Source: an uncultured Gammaproteobacteria bacterium
GTDB taxonomy: Bacteria; Patescibacteriota; Patescibacteriia; Magasanikbacterales; UBA922
Direction: 5' to 3'
DNA: 64,000 nucleotides
Assembly: GCA_964394405.1 (NCBI GenBank)
Contig: CAYMVY010000002.1
Coordinates: forward strand, 92-64,091
A program made the position numbers and the translations under genes. The notes under the pieces were generated by a model. It saw only the letters and a list, made by a program, of their open reading frames with translations. It did not search any database and had not been told where the DNA came from. Positions 42,608 through 52,676 of the stretch are shown piece by piece; the stretch's first letter is position 1, and each line of letters starts with the position of its first letter.

Positions 42608-42787
42608 TATGGAAGAAAAACCTGTAGCTCCTTCGAGCAAGACTCGTCTGGTTTTCAGTGTCGTCGTACTCGTCGTCGGTCTCATCATGCTTGGCACTAT
42701 GGAAGAAAAGCAATGGGCATGGGTCGTGACAGTGGTTGGTGCGCTTTCCATAGTGTACAACATGGTCATGATAAAAAAAGGAAAATA
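42608..42787 (+). CDS. Small membrane protein (59 aa, two TM helices); not in the supplied ORF track
   Basis: MEEKPVAPSSKTRLVFSVVVLVVGLIMLGTMEEKQWAWVVTVVGALSIVYNMVMIKKGK*. Followed by a strong palindromic terminator. Confidence 0.4.
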
Positions 42788-42810
42788 GTGCTTTGTTTTG
42801 TTTTTTACGA

Positions 42811-42846
42811 AAAAATACGTACGTACTGTACGTATTTTTTTAATAT
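42811..42846. terminator. Bidirectional terminator, perfect palindrome AAAAAATACGTAC-GTACT-GTACGTATTTTTT
   Basis: Immediately follows the mraY stop (minus strand) and the small ORF (plus strand). Confidence 0.8.
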
Positions 42847-43970
42847 AATGCAATCCAGAGGCCCAGCAATACCATTCCTGCATGCACGATCCAAAAACGC
42901 ATGACGGTTTTTTCTTCACTCCAGCCACGGATTTCAAAGTGGTGGTGGATAGGTGCCATGGAGAAGATTCGGCGACCTAGCGTGTAGCGACCAAGAATTT
43001 GGATAATCACACTTAAAAGCTCTACAAAGAAGATAAAACCGAACAGGGGGAGCAGAAGCATGTGATTGATCACAATCATATTGATTGCGAGTAGTGCGCC
43101 TAAGCCGAGTGACCCTACGTCTCCCATCTGAAAGCGTGCAGGCTTGATGTTGAAATAGGTGTAGGCAATAAGCGCTCCTGCGACCATGGTATTGAGAATG
43201 GCAATTTCTTGGTAACCTTCGAGCCAGCTCAGTACTCCAAGTGTTGAGAAGGTGACTAGTAGAGAGCCGCCTGCAAGACCGTCCATACCATCAGCAACGT
43301 TTACGGCGTTTGCGGTAAATACGACAAAGAAAATAATAAGTGGAATGATCCACCAGCCAATATTTACAAATCCATCAAATGGAATATGAATTTCTCTCCA
43401 TGTTTCACCGAGTTTGAAATATACCCACCATGCAGTGATTCCTCCAGCAAGAAATTGCAGTAATAATTTTTCGTGTACATGAATTCCACGACCTGGATGA
43501 CGAGACAGCCAGACTGAAGTCCGTTTGAATAATGACCAGGGGAGCGTGAGCATATACCAGAGACGCATTTTCCAATCGTGGTGTACGCGAATGAGGCGAA
43601 ATACTTGACTCAGCTTTCTACTTCGACGCTTCTGTCCATAGATATTCATCACATCATCAATTCCACCGAGAAGGGCTGATAAAAGCATTACCCCGATTGG
43701 TACCCAGGTATACTTTCTCTCCCAATTGAAGATCATGGTGAGTACCGCGACGGTAACAATTACCAATAAGCCTCCCATTACGGGAACTCCAGCCTTGCTT
43801 TTTCGTGCACCCATTGCAAGAGTAGCGTCGTATTCCGGACGTCTCGTGAGATTGTATTTATAGAGAATTTTGGTGAGCAGTGGAGCCCAGGCAAATGCGG
43901 TAATGCAGGCAATAATACCGTAGCCGATTGTGGATCGGAGTAGAATGAGAGAAGATTCGTCAATTACCAT
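42840..43970 (-). CDS. mraY: Phospho-N-acetylmuramoyl-pentapeptide transferase-like (MraY/WecA family)
   Basis: Polytopic. KSKAGVPVMGGL, GGIDDVMN, NAVNVADGMDGLAGG motifs of the polyprenyl-phosphate N-acetylhexosamine-1-phosphate transferase family. Confidence 0.8.
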   Translation of the reverse strand: MVIDESSLILLRSTIGYGIIACITAFAWAPLLTKILYKYNLTRRPEYDATLAMGARKSKAGVPVMGGLLVIVTVAVLTMIFNWERKYTWVPIGVMLLSALLGGIDDVMNIYGQKRRSRKLSQVFRLIRVHHDWKMRLWYMLTLPWSLFKRTSVWLSRHPGRGIHVHEKLLLQFLAGGITAWWVYFKLGETWREIHIPFDGFVNIGWWIIPLIIFFVVFTANAVNVADGMDGLAGGSLLVTFSTLGVLSWLEGYQEIAILNTMVAGALIAYTYFNIKPARFQMGDVGSLGLGALLAINMIVINHMLLLPLFGFIFFVELLSVIIQILGRYTLGRRIFSMAPIHHHFEIRGWSEEKTVMRFWIVHAGMVLLGLWIALY

Positions 43971-44052
43971 AACATTGATTTAGACTGATTGGAATACAAG
44001 ATTACGCAGACTAGATCTGTTTAAATCAATTTAAATCTGCATAATCAATGTT
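43971..44052. promoter_or_regulatory. mraY upstream region carrying the same TCTGCGTAATC and AATCAATGTT(ATG) half-sites as the rfbB leader, plus a second full copy
   Basis: The minus strand reads ...agtctgcgtaatc N24 aatcaatgttATG. The plus strand at 44034-44052 reads aatctgcataatcaatgtt. Confidence 0.6.
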
Positions 44053-44114
44053 AAAAAGAAATGGCTTAATTAAGCCATTCTAGTTTACTGTAAAATAGGG
44101 AAAAATTCAAGTCA

Positions 44115-44759
44115 TTACTTATCCTGGATTTTTCTTCTCAGTTCATCGATATTTCGTAGGTCACTTCCCATGATACTTTCTCGAGAGACAACGCCTGTCT
44201 GGTCCAAGTTTTGTTGTAACATGTTTAGGACACATTTAACGAGACATTCTTGTAGTCCTTGCGCACTACCACGACCTATTTTTTCAGCGGGAATACCTCG
44301 TTTGTCTAATTCATTTTTTATTTGTTCGTTGATGTCGCTAGATTGTAGTAATTTTTGAGTTTGTGGTTTACTAAATTCTCTCACTACGCCTTTTACAAAA
44401 GAATTGATGTTGTCTATTGTAAAATTATTTTCAGGATTTTTGCCGATTTGTATACCAGGTATGCCTGCTTCTTGGAGGAGGGTAAGACGATCTCTCAGGG
44501 TGTCAAAATTGTCGGTATCAAATAATGTATGGACTTCTTCTATTGCTTTCTTCAGCTCCTCCGCATGTCTCGCCTCTCCTTCTAGTTTTTTGCGTCGAGC
44601 TTTTAATTCTTGAATTTTTTGGTCTATATCGTCAAGATCAGCATCTATTTCAAGTAGATCATTTTTTAAAGAATCTATTTTTTTAATATATTCAGGTTTT
44701 CGGTCGGGCCAGACTTCTGCTGCTCCTCCCCAGACTGGTCCTTTTTTTGACTCTGTCAT
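44115..44759 (-). CDS. Hypothetical coiled-coil protein
   Basis: Charged heptad-rich sequence (DLDDIDQKIQELKARRKKLEGEARHAEELKK). Confidence 0.5.
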   Translation of the reverse strand: MTESKKGPVWGGAAEVWPDRKPEYIKKIDSLKNDLLEIDADLDDIDQKIQELKARRKKLEGEARHAEELKKAIEEVHTLFDTDNFDTLRDRLTLLQEAGIPGIQIGKNPENNFTIDNINSFVKGVVREFSKPQTQKLLQSSDINEQIKNELDKRGIPAEKIGRGSAQGLQECLVKCVLNMLQQNLDQTGVVSRESIMGSDLRNIDELRRKIQDK

Positions 44760-44763
44760 ATGT

Positions 44764-45537
44764 TTAAAATTTATATATGCGTCTTAGATGTATTGCCTCA
44801 GCCGACTTGAGATAGTCCCATGTTTCATTTTTTTCTCCAGTTTTTCCATCCTCGGTCCACTTTTGCTCGAGTAATGTTCCTTTTGGTTTACTAATTTCTA
44901 TACTACCACGTCTAATACCTTTGGTAAATTTTCCTTGGCTTTTCCAGGTATATGAATGTGTGTATTCTACTGAAATCAAATTATCAGCTTCATCATGTTT
45001 TGTCGAGGTTATTACAAGTATATGATTGTAGTCATGCTGGAGTCCGCCACCGATTGCAATAATCAAGTCCCCGGGAGAAAAATCTTTGAGTGCGATTTCT
45101 TTTGAATTTTCATTGAAAATAGTGACACTGGTATTTTCTACTGTGCGGAATAGTGCAATGAATCTCCGTAATAAACTTTTTGATTTGAATGATAGGAGAG
45201 ATTTCAGATTTTGGTTTTTTGTAGCGCGAAGTTCTGCGTCGAGGATGTAGTATACAAAAGCTGAACAATCAATTCCGATGTGATGGTCGGTAAGAAATTT
45301 TGTAATTGTACTTTCATCAAGAGCCTCTAAATCTACTTTATCCCTCAGACTGATGATCCGTGCTTCATCTGTGATTTCTTGCGCTGTGCCTTTGCCTACG
45401 AGTACTCGAAGTGCACCACGGAGATTGGTGGTTCGGTTATTGAAATACGGGCAATTGATAGTTTTATTTCCAATTTTGAGATGTTCGTATGAATCAATTA
45501 CTGCGAGAGCTTGGGGGGAGAGGGTTGTTGTCGTCAT
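44764..45537 (-). CDS. Hypothetical protein with papain-like cysteine hydrolase-type motif (NlpC/P60- or YiiX-like)
   Basis: HHIGIDCSAFVYYIL (Cys in a DCS context) and a downstream HILVITS histidine. Family not resolved. Confidence 0.35.
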   Translation of the reverse strand: MTTTTLSPQALAVIDSYEHLKIGNKTINCPYFNNRTTNLRGALRVLVGKGTAQEITDEARIISLRDKVDLEALDESTITKFLTDHHIGIDCSAFVYYILDAELRATKNQNLKSLLSFKSKSLLRRFIALFRTVENTSVTIFNENSKEIALKDFSPGDLIIAIGGGLQHDYNHILVITSTKHDEADNLISVEYTHSYTWKSQGKFTKGIRRGSIEISKPKGTLLEQKWTEDGKTGEKNETWDYLKSAEAIHLRRIYKF

Positions 45538-45549
45538 ATTTTTTTCGTC

Positions 45550-45604
45550 ATCCCCGTGAAAACGGGGATCTTTGAGTTTTTTAGATTCCCGCTTTCGCGG
45601 GAAT
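45550..45604. terminator. Two tandem tetraloop hairpins (ATCCCCGT-GAAA-ACGGGGAT and ATTCCCGC-TTTC-GCGGGAAT)
   Basis: The second hairpin is the reverse complement of the rplU terminator core ATCCCGCGAAAGCGGGAT at 931-948. Confidence 0.7.
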
Positions 45605-45619
45605 GACGTGAAATGTTAG

Positions 45620-46837
45620 TTATGAAATAATGTCTTTAATACGTGCACCAATATCAGTAAATTCATTATCAGTTTCAATAATACTCGTTTTTGATTGTAT
45701 ACGTAACAGATCACTATTGTGTTCAGTATTGTTATACGTAATCACTTTGAAGTTTTTTTCTGTGAGTTTTTTTGATGCTTCTTCAACTTGTGCAAGTGAT
45801 GTTATTTTTTTTGTCACTCGTTGAATAATCTGTGCTCCATCAGAAATTTTTATCAGAGAATAATTTCCGAGTGGTTCATCCAAGAGTGCCTTCAGGTGCG
45901 CTTCGAGAATGGTGATGGTATCATCATCTTGTTTTGCGCTAAACTGAAGTTCGCTTTCGTACGAAGCGCTTGCAGGCTGGCGCGCATTGATTTCAATCAG
46001 ATACCATCTACTTTCTTTGGTACTCCAGATTGCGTCAATGCCGAATAATCCGACCCAGCCGAGCTCGCGAAGCGTGTCCGCAACCTCTCGGACCAACATA
46101 TCGTATGCGGTCCGTTCTGATTCATTGAGTATTCTATACGGTGCGCCCCAATCATTTCCAATAGTTGCAAATGCACTATCAGTGAATGGTTTTATTCCCG
46201 TAATCTGGTAGCTGATATTTCCAGTGAGAGTAACATCTTTTGCCACTACGATGTTACTTGTAAACACGGGTCCTTCTATTACGGGCGCAATTCGTGATTC
46301 ACGTTTTGGAAATCGATTTTTTAGTTCGTTGAGTTTTTCTACGGTATCAATAATCATTGTTCCACTTCCCGTGTGCGAGTGATTGAACTGAAGCACCAAA
46401 GGTGTGCCAAGCCATTGAATTTCTTCAATTCTCTTTTTTTCATATCGTGGCATGAGTTCACGTATTTTTTCGAGCGTTGTCAATTGTGTGATTTTTTCCT
46501 CGAGTGAACTTGCTAATTGTGACGCAGGATTGAGGAGTTCATATCCTTTTTCTCTACACCATTTTTCAATCAACGACGTATTTTTGAAAACAACAATTTT
46601 TGGTGAATCAATACTTACCAAAATTTTTTCTGTTTCTTTGTGGACTAGAAGTTCATGAGTATCAAGTGTGTTCAGGCTATCTACAAGATATACACGATCA
46701 GGGTAGGTATTTTTTATTAACTTGGCAAAGGGGGAATGATTTGAGATAATGAAAATAGACGGAATGGTAAGGCATCCGAGTGCACGCTCAATGTCACGAG
46801 TGATATAGACGATTGTGTTCTTGCTAAATTTCTTCAT
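45620..46837 (-). CDS. ATP-grasp domain protein (carboxylate-amine ligase-like)
   Basis: C-terminal ATP-grasp signature ...LFGIDAIW...RWYLIEINARQP. Divergent from murB. Confidence 0.65.
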   Translation of the reverse strand: MKKFSKNTIVYITRDIERALGCLTIPSIFIISNHSPFAKLIKNTYPDRVYLVDSLNTLDTHELLVHKETEKILVSIDSPKIVVFKNTSLIEKWCREKGYELLNPASQLASSLEEKITQLTTLEKIRELMPRYEKKRIEEIQWLGTPLVLQFNHSHTGSGTMIIDTVEKLNELKNRFPKRESRIAPVIEGPVFTSNIVVAKDVTLTGNISYQITGIKPFTDSAFATIGNDWGAPYRILNESERTAYDMLVREVADTLRELGWVGLFGIDAIWSTKESRWYLIEINARQPASASYESELQFSAKQDDDTITILEAHLKALLDEPLGNYSLIKISDGAQIIQRVTKKITSLAQVEEASKKLTEKNFKVITYNNTEHNSDLLRIQSKTSIIETDNEFTDIGARIKDIIS

Positions 46838-46872
46838 AATTTAGACTCAAGCATACTCTTTTTTTCTTCTAA

Positions 46873-47841
46873 TTGCAACGTATGGATGGACTTGCGACAA
46901 AATTGAAACAGTATGGAAAAGTAAAGATAAGTGAGTTGTTATCAAAACATACATCTTTTAAAATCGGTGGTCCTGCACGATTTTTTGTCTCACCGGAAAC
47001 ACTCGATGATCATGTTGAGCTTATGCGGTATCTCGATGGTATTGGCGTCCCGTATATGATTCTTGGTGGTGGGAGCAATATGCTTGCAGGTGATTCTGGG
47101 TTTGATGGCGTGGTAATTCATCCAGAGTATAAGAAAATTACCCGAGACGGAAAACATCTTATTGCGGACGCAGGAGCTCTCACGGTGACCGTTTCGCGAG
47201 AGTCTATGAGAGAGCAACTTACTGGATTTGAATGGGGGGTCGGGGTGCCAGGCACTATTGGCGGAGCAGTGCGCGGAAATGCAGGAGCTATGGGATTTGA
47301 GATGAAAGATTCTGTATCGCGCGTGAAAGCGTATCGTGACGGAGAAATTGTGCTACTCACCAATGAACAATGCGAATTTGGATATCGTTCGAGTGTTTTT
47401 AAACGTGCTGGTGGGGTTGTGCTCCAAGTCACTCTTGAACTTGAAGCCACAGAGAATAAGGAATTAATCAAACATGCGCTTGAGTATCTTAATTATCGCA
47501 ATTCTACTCAGCCTCAAGGACATGCGTCGACTGGTTGTATTTTTCAGAATCCTGACGTTGGTAAATATCGTCCACAATTAGTTGAACATTTTGATAAATA
47601 TAGTGAGCATGTACAAAAATTTTTAAGCTTGGGTAAGATATCCGCAGGGTGGCTAATTGAACAAGCGGGACTCAAGGGTGAGCAGGTGGGACAAGCATTG
47701 GTTTCTGAACAGCATGGTAATTTTATTGTGAATTTGGGCGGAGCAACGGCTCTCGATGTGCAGACACTTATTGATAGGATCAAGGAAACAGTCTATACTA
47801 AATTTGGGATCATGTTGGAGGAGGAAATCTATACGTTTTAG
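46873..47841 (+). CDS. murB: UDP-N-acetylenolpyruvoylglucosamine reductase
   Basis: FAD-binding N-terminal TSFKIGGPARFF, and YRSSVF. 322 aa. Confidence 0.88.
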   Translation: MQRMDGLATKLKQYGKVKISELLSKHTSFKIGGPARFFVSPETLDDHVELMRYLDGIGVPYMILGGGSNMLAGDSGFDGVVIHPEYKKITRDGKHLIADAGALTVTVSRESMREQLTGFEWGVGVPGTIGGAVRGNAGAMGFEMKDSVSRVKAYRDGEIVLLTNEQCEFGYRSSVFKRAGGVVLQVTLELEATENKELIKHALEYLNYRNSTQPQGHASTGCIFQNPDVGKYRPQLVEHFDKYSEHVQKFLSLGKISAGWLIEQAGLKGEQVGQALVSEQHGNFIVNLGGATALDVQTLIDRIKETVYTKFGIMLEEEIYTF

Positions 47842-47864
47842 TCATTATTCTTAACCCGAATCGT

Positions 47865-48212
47865 ATGAATATCTCAATTCATGCAAATAATATCGAGCTT
47901 ACAGACGCTATCCGAGAATATACTGAGAAGAAGATACAGGGTTTGGTAAAATATTTTGATCGAATTACCAATGCTGCGGTGGATATTGGTCTTACATCAA
48001 ATCATCATCAAAAAGGAAAAATTTATTATGCAGAGGTTAATGTACATCTTCCTCAGGGACAGATGGTTCGAGTGAGAAAAGAAGCGGAAGATTTGTATAA
48101 AGCAATTGATAAAGTCAGAGATCATCTGAAGCTTGAGCTTGATGAAATTAAGGATAGGATGCGTGCCAAAGATCGTGAAGTATTACGAGATGCAAAGGGG
48201 TATCAGGAATAA
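47865..48212 (+). CDS. hpf: Ribosome hibernation promoting factor (HPF/RaiA family)
   Basis: MNISIHANNIELTDAIREYTEKKIQGL...YAEVNVHLPQGQMVRV matches the YfiA/HPF fold sequence pattern. Confidence 0.85.
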   Translation: MNISIHANNIELTDAIREYTEKKIQGLVKYFDRITNAAVDIGLTSNHHQKGKIYYAEVNVHLPQGQMVRVRKEAEDLYKAIDKVRDHLKLELDEIKDRMRAKDREVLRDAKGYQE

Positions 48213-48372
48213 TTACATCTGAGTGCCAGAGCTCATTTTCTGTGGGGCAAATAGAAAAAAGTGGTGGGAAATCAAATACATTGGCCGAGTTTTCACAGTT
48301 TTTGGCTTCAATTCAGGATAAAATTCAGGCTGAAAATTATGATTTTCTAGGGTAGACATGCGGATTATTTTA

Positions 48373-48411
48373 TGATATAATCAGCTAGCTTATTTACTGA
48401 AGCTAGCTTTT
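48373..48411 (+). promoter_or_regulatory. Extended -10 promoter (TGATATAAT) followed by a 9-bp-stem hairpin in the secA leader
   Basis: tgatataat then cagctagctt-atttactg-aagctagctttt, 8 nt before the secA ATG. Confidence 0.45.
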
Positions 48412-48419
48412 TATATTGT

Positions 48420-51206
48420 ATGTCATTTTTACACAAATTGTTTCCAGATCAGAATAAGAAGGTGATCAAAAGTCTGCAACCATTGGTTGATCGTATCAAT
48501 CAGCTTGAAGTTGAATTCGAAAAAATATCAAACGATGGAATAAAGGATAAAACTACTGAGTTCAAATCCAGGCTTGAAAAAGGTGAGACACTTGATGATC
48601 TATTACCTGAAGCATTTGCGACGGTGCGTGAAGCAGCAAAGCGTACACTCGGTATGCGACACTATGATGTGCAGCTCATCGGAGGTATCACGCTTCATCG
48701 TGGACGAATTGCTGAAATGCGCACGGGTGAAGGAAAAACACTCACGGCTACACTTGCAGTCTATCTTAACGCGCTTTCAGGCAAAGGCGTGCATTTGGTT
48801 ACCGTGAATGATTATTTGGCAAAACGCGATGCGGTGTGGATGGGGCAGATTTATGATTTTTTGGGAATGTCTATTGGAATTGTGCAGAATCAGCGGGTAA
48901 GTTTTGTCTATGACGCAAGCGCAAAAGCTACTGAAGAGGGAAGTGAAGCGGACAAAGAGCGAGATGAGGAAGGTAGTTTTAAAGTTGAAAATGAATATTT
49001 GAGACCAGCCTCTCGTCAAGAGGCGTATCGCTGTGATATTACGTACGGAACTAATAATGAATTTGGGTTTGATTATCTTCGCGACAACATGGTGCAGCGA
49101 ATCGAAGATATGGTAATGCGTCCAGGGAGTGAAATGAGTTATGCAATTGTTGATGAAATCGATTCTATCTTGATTGACGAAGCGCGAACTCCATTGATTA
49201 TTTCTGCTCCTGCTGAAGAAGCAACTGATCAGTACTATCGATTTGCTGATTTGGTAAAAATGCTTACGTTGAATGAAGATTATAATCTAGATGAAAAATT
49301 ACGAAGTGCAACTCTGACCGGAGAGGGTATTGCAAAATTTGAAAAATGGTTGAATGTCGATAATATCTATGTCGAAGGTGGTATCCGAACAGTGCATCAT
49401 ATTGAGCAGGCTCTCAAAGCAGAATTTTTATTCAAGAGGGATAAAGATTATATCGTTGATGGGAAAGAAATTATTATTATTGATGAATTCACGGGACGCA
49501 AGATGCCGGGTCGACGATATTCTGAAGGATTGCATCAGGCGATCGAAGCAAAAGAGCGGGTACCGATTCAGAAAGAGAGTAGAACGCTTGCAACAATTAC
49601 GTTCCAGAATTTATTCAGAATGTATGACAAGCTGGGCGGAATGACAGGTACCGCAAAGACCGAAGAAGAGGAATTTTTCAAGATTTATGGACTGGAAGTG
49701 ACAACGATTCCGACCAATAAACCTGATAATCGCAAAGATCATCCTGATCGGATTTACAAAAATAATAAAGGAAAATACAAAGCCATTGTAGAAAAGGTGC
49801 AGGAAGCTCGGGCAAAGGGGCAGCCCGTACTTATTGGTACGATTTCGGTTGAAAAGAATGAAGAATTGAGTGCCTACCTCTTTGGTCAGGGAATTGAACA
49901 TGAAATTTTGAATGCAAAGAATCATGAACGTGAAGGAGAAATTATCGCGCAGGCCGGTCGTCCAGGTGCCATCACTCTCGCTACCAACATGGCAGGACGT
50001 GGTGTCGATATCAAACTTGGCGGCGTCCCTGCAGTCGAGGAGGATGTGAAGAAAGTGGTAGAGGCTGGAGGATTGTTTGTCCTCGGAACTGAACGACATG
50101 AGTCACGACGCATCGATAATCAGCTTCGCGGACGAAGTGCTCGTCAGGGAGATCCGGGTGAGACTCAGTTTTTTGTGTCTGCAGAAGATGATCTCATGCG
50201 CGTCTTTGCGGGTGATCGATTGAAGAGTGTGATGACACGGTTCAATATACCGGACGACATGCCAATTGAGCAGAAGATGATTACTCGAATTCTTGAAAGC
50301 GCACAGAAAAAAGTAGAATCACATCATTTTGATACTCGAAAACATTTGCTTTCATATGATGACGTATTGAACAAGCAGCGTGATGTCATCTACAAGAAAC
50401 GTCGAGAGATTCTTGATTCTGCTAAGCGAGAAATTGATGCTGCAGCGGGGGATAAGGATACACTTCCTCCAGAACTCGCACCTCGACCACTTCGGGATAT
50501 TATTCTCGAAATGGTAGATCAGGAAATTGAGACTGTGGTATCGATGCATACTAGTGCTGAAGATGAGACAGAGTGGAATACCAAAGAGATTGTCGAGAGT
50601 ATGTCTGCGATGATGCCTCTTGAAAATACTGATAAATCAAAAATCGAATCAGTTATCGCTTCTGCAACAAAGGAAAATAAGAATCCGATTGAGGTTAGAA
50701 ATGAGGTTGTAGAAAATCTAGTTGCCAATGCTCGTCGTGCGTATGATGCTTTTGTAGCTTCGCTTGAGAAAATCCAACCAGATGCAAAACTTCGTACTCA
50801 GATGGTCTCTGAAGTGGAGCGCGGGGTGTTGCTTCGCACTATTGATATGATGTGGGTTGATTATCTGATCACTATCGATCATCTTCGCGCGGGGATTGGA
50901 TTGCAGGGCTATGGACAGAGAGATCCATTGGTTCAGTACAAACAGGAGAGTTTCCATCTTTTCAATCGACTGCTTTCGGGAATTCAGCGGGAAGTCGCAA
51001 ATACGATATTCAAAGTTCATGCAGGAATTCAGCTTTCTCCATCGGTTATGGCGACTGATGTCATGACACTGGGTGGCGCGCAGAAAACTGCAAAATCAGA
51101 AGTGTCTGGATCTGGAGTAGGGAAACCGGGGGATGGGAAAGTAGGGCGGAATGATCCCTGTCCGTGTGGTTCTGGCAAAAAGTATAAGAAGTGTCATGGG
51201 GCGTGA
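48420..51206 (+). CDS. secA: Preprotein translocase ATPase SecA
   Basis: DEAD-like motor ([32 protein letters not shown]). C-terminal zinc finger [14 protein letters not shown]. Confidence 0.95.
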   Translation: MSFLHKLFPDQNKKVIKSLQPLVDRINQLEVEFEKISNDGIKDKTTEFKSRLEKGETLDDLLPEAFATVREAAKRTLGMRHYDVQLIGGITLHRGRIAEMRTGEGKTLTATLAVYLNALSGKGVHLVTVNDYLAKRDAVWMGQIYDFLGMSIGIVQNQRVSFVYDASAKATEEGSEADKERDEEGSFKVENEYLRPASRQEAYRCDITYGTNNEFGFDYLRDNMVQRIEDMVMRPGSEMSYAIVDEIDSILIDEARTPLIISAPAEEATDQYYRFADLVKMLTLNEDYNLDEKLRSATLTGEGIAKFEKWLNVDNIYVEGGIRTVHHIEQALKAEFLFKRDKDYIVDGKEIIIIDEFTGRKMPGRRYSEGLHQAIEAKERVPIQKESRTLATITFQNLFRMYDKLGGMTGTAKTEEEEFFKIYGLEVTTIPTNKPDNRKDHPDRIYKNNKGKYKAIVEKVQEARAKGQPVLIGTISVEKNEELSAYLFGQGIEHEILNAKNHEREGEIIAQAGRPGAITLATNMAGRGVDIKLGGVPAVEEDVKKVVEAGGLFVLGTERHESRRIDNQLRGRSARQGDPGETQFFVSAEDDLMRVFAGDRLKSVMTRFNIPDDMPIEQKMITRILESAQKKVESHHFDTRKHLLSYDDVLNKQRDVIYKKRREILDSAKREIDAAAGDKDTLPPELAPRPLRDIILEMVDQEIETVVSMHTSAEDETEWNTKEIVESMSAMMPLENTDKSKIESVIASATKENKNPIEVRNEVVENLVANARRAYDAFVASLEKIQPDAKLRTQMVSEVERGVLLRTIDMMWVDYLITIDHLRAGIGLQGYGQRDPLVQYKQESFHLFNRLLSGIQREVANTIFKVHAGIQLSPSVMATDVMTLGGAQKTAKSEVSGSGVGKPGDGKVGRNDPCPCGSGKKYKKCHGA

Positions 51207-51207
51207 T

Positions 51208-51474
51208 ATGGCAATAATTAAGAAGAAAATAGTACCTCAGTATTTCGAAGCGGTAGTTTCTGGGAAAAAGAAGGCAGAATTACGTTTGAATGATTTCAAT
51301 ATTGAAGAAGGGGATACTCTTGTGTTGGAAGAGTGGAATCCTGAGACAAAAGAATATACAGGTCGGAAAATAGAGAAAAAAGTGACCCATGTTGCCAAAT
51401 TTAAAATGGATAACTTTTTTTGGTCGAAAGCTGAAATTGACGAGAAGGGTATTCAGATTATTTCTCTTGAATAA
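51208..51474 (+). CDS. DUF3850/ASCH-like (PUA-fold) small protein
   Basis: KKKIVPQYFEAVVSGKKKAELRLNDFNIEEGDTLVLEEW. ATG 2 nt after the secA stop. Confidence 0.55.
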   Translation: MAIIKKKIVPQYFEAVVSGKKKAELRLNDFNIEEGDTLVLEEWNPETKEYTGRKIEKKVTHVAKFKMDNFFWSKAEIDEKGIQIISLE

Positions 51475-51488
51475 TATAGACAGGGCGT

Positions 51489-52067
51489 ATGTTTAAAAAA
51501 ATACTTCTTTTATTTCTGGTTTTAGTTTTTTTGGGATTCGGATGTAATTCTAATCAGGGAATTACTCAATCTGCGACTACTCCAGGATGGAAAACCTATA
51601 CGAATACTTCCTATGGCATATCAATAGATATCCCGAAATCGTGGAAAATAGCTGAGTATACAGGGTCAGGAGATGATATTGTTTCGATAGCATTTGATCC
51701 GAAACAGGTTGGCAGTCAGGCTGACTATAATACGCTTGATCAGGCAATGGGGCTTGTTACGATTAGTTTGTCTACAAAAGTTCGGCCTAGTGAACAGTTT
51801 ATGGTGAATAAGGTGAAAATGGGTAAAGATAAAATTCCTGCAGATTTATTGATTCAACTCTGCAAAGAACCTGAGTGTCCAAATCCGTGGTGGGTTGACC
51901 GTGCGCGAGTCGATTATTATGTGGATCTTCCCGAAGATAAGAAAACTGAGAATTTTGATTCTTTACGAATTTCTTTCCAGTATCCTGAAGGCACTGAAGC
52001 TGAAGATACTTTTAGATTGACGCTTGAAAATATTGTCGCTTCGTTTGAATTCATTAATACGAAATAG
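51489..52067 (+). CDS. Putative lipoprotein (signal peptide with lipobox LGFGC)
   Basis: MFKKILLLFLVLVFLGFGCNSNQG... Confidence 0.6.
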   Translation: MFKKILLLFLVLVFLGFGCNSNQGITQSATTPGWKTYTNTSYGISIDIPKSWKIAEYTGSGDDIVSIAFDPKQVGSQADYNTLDQAMGLVTISLSTKVRPSEQFMVNKVKMGKDKIPADLLIQLCKEPECPNPWWVDRARVDYYVDLPEDKKTENFDSLRISFQYPEGTEAEDTFRLTLENIVASFEFINTK

Positions 52068-52097
52068 TATGAAAGCGACCAATATGTAACGTAGTTT

Positions 52098-52127
52098 AAA
52101 AAAATCCTCTTAGTAAGAGGATTTTTT
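52098..52127. terminator. Bidirectional terminator, palindrome AATCCTCTTA-G-TAAGAGGATT with A/T runs
   Basis: aaaaaaatcctcttagtaagaggatttttt. Confidence 0.8.
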
Positions 52128-52132
52128 ATGTA

Positions 52133-52552
52133 TTACACTTCATGAATTTTTTCAAGCAACTTCTGATGCAGATTCTCGTGAGTAAAATTGCCTGGAATAT
52201 ATAGTGGGGTTACTTTTGGAAGAGTGAGTTTTTCGAGTAGTTGATTTTTGAGATTTTCTGGAGCAGCCACTACAACATTGTGATATTCAGCGGCACCATA
52301 TAACTCTCTCGTAATGCGTACAACTGTATCCAGATGTTTTCTGGTTTCTTCGTCCCACATTTCGTTTGTTTTCAGATTTCCACCAGTGGTAGGACCTTTG
52401 TTTGATCGTCCTTCTTTGTCACTAAATTGTGCTTTTTCTTCGACTGCAGTTTCCAATTGTATCATACGGTTCTCACTTTCTACACGGTACCATTGAGACT
52501 CATGAGAATTGGTTATCAGGAGCAGGAATGGGTGCACGATTTGTGGATGCAT
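52133..52552 (-). CDS. Hypothetical protein (Host_attach/baeRF-like motif VVVAAPENLKNQL)
   Basis: Weak resemblance to the host-attachment protein family. Low certainty. Confidence 0.35.
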   Translation of the reverse strand: MHPQIVHPFLLLITNSHESQWYRVESENRMIQLETAVEEKAQFSDKEGRSNKGPTTGGNLKTNEMWDEETRKHLDTVVRITRELYGAAEYHNVVVAAPENLKNQLLEKLTLPKVTPLYIPGNFTHENLHQKLLEKIHEV

Positions 52553-52676
52553 AGACGTTATTTAAGGATAAAATTCTCTATGTACTGTACTACTTTCATG
52601 AATATCCGGCAAATTTGCATATACGTATGTAAAAAGGTACGATAGTACTATATAGTGACCTATAGATTTTTTCTGT

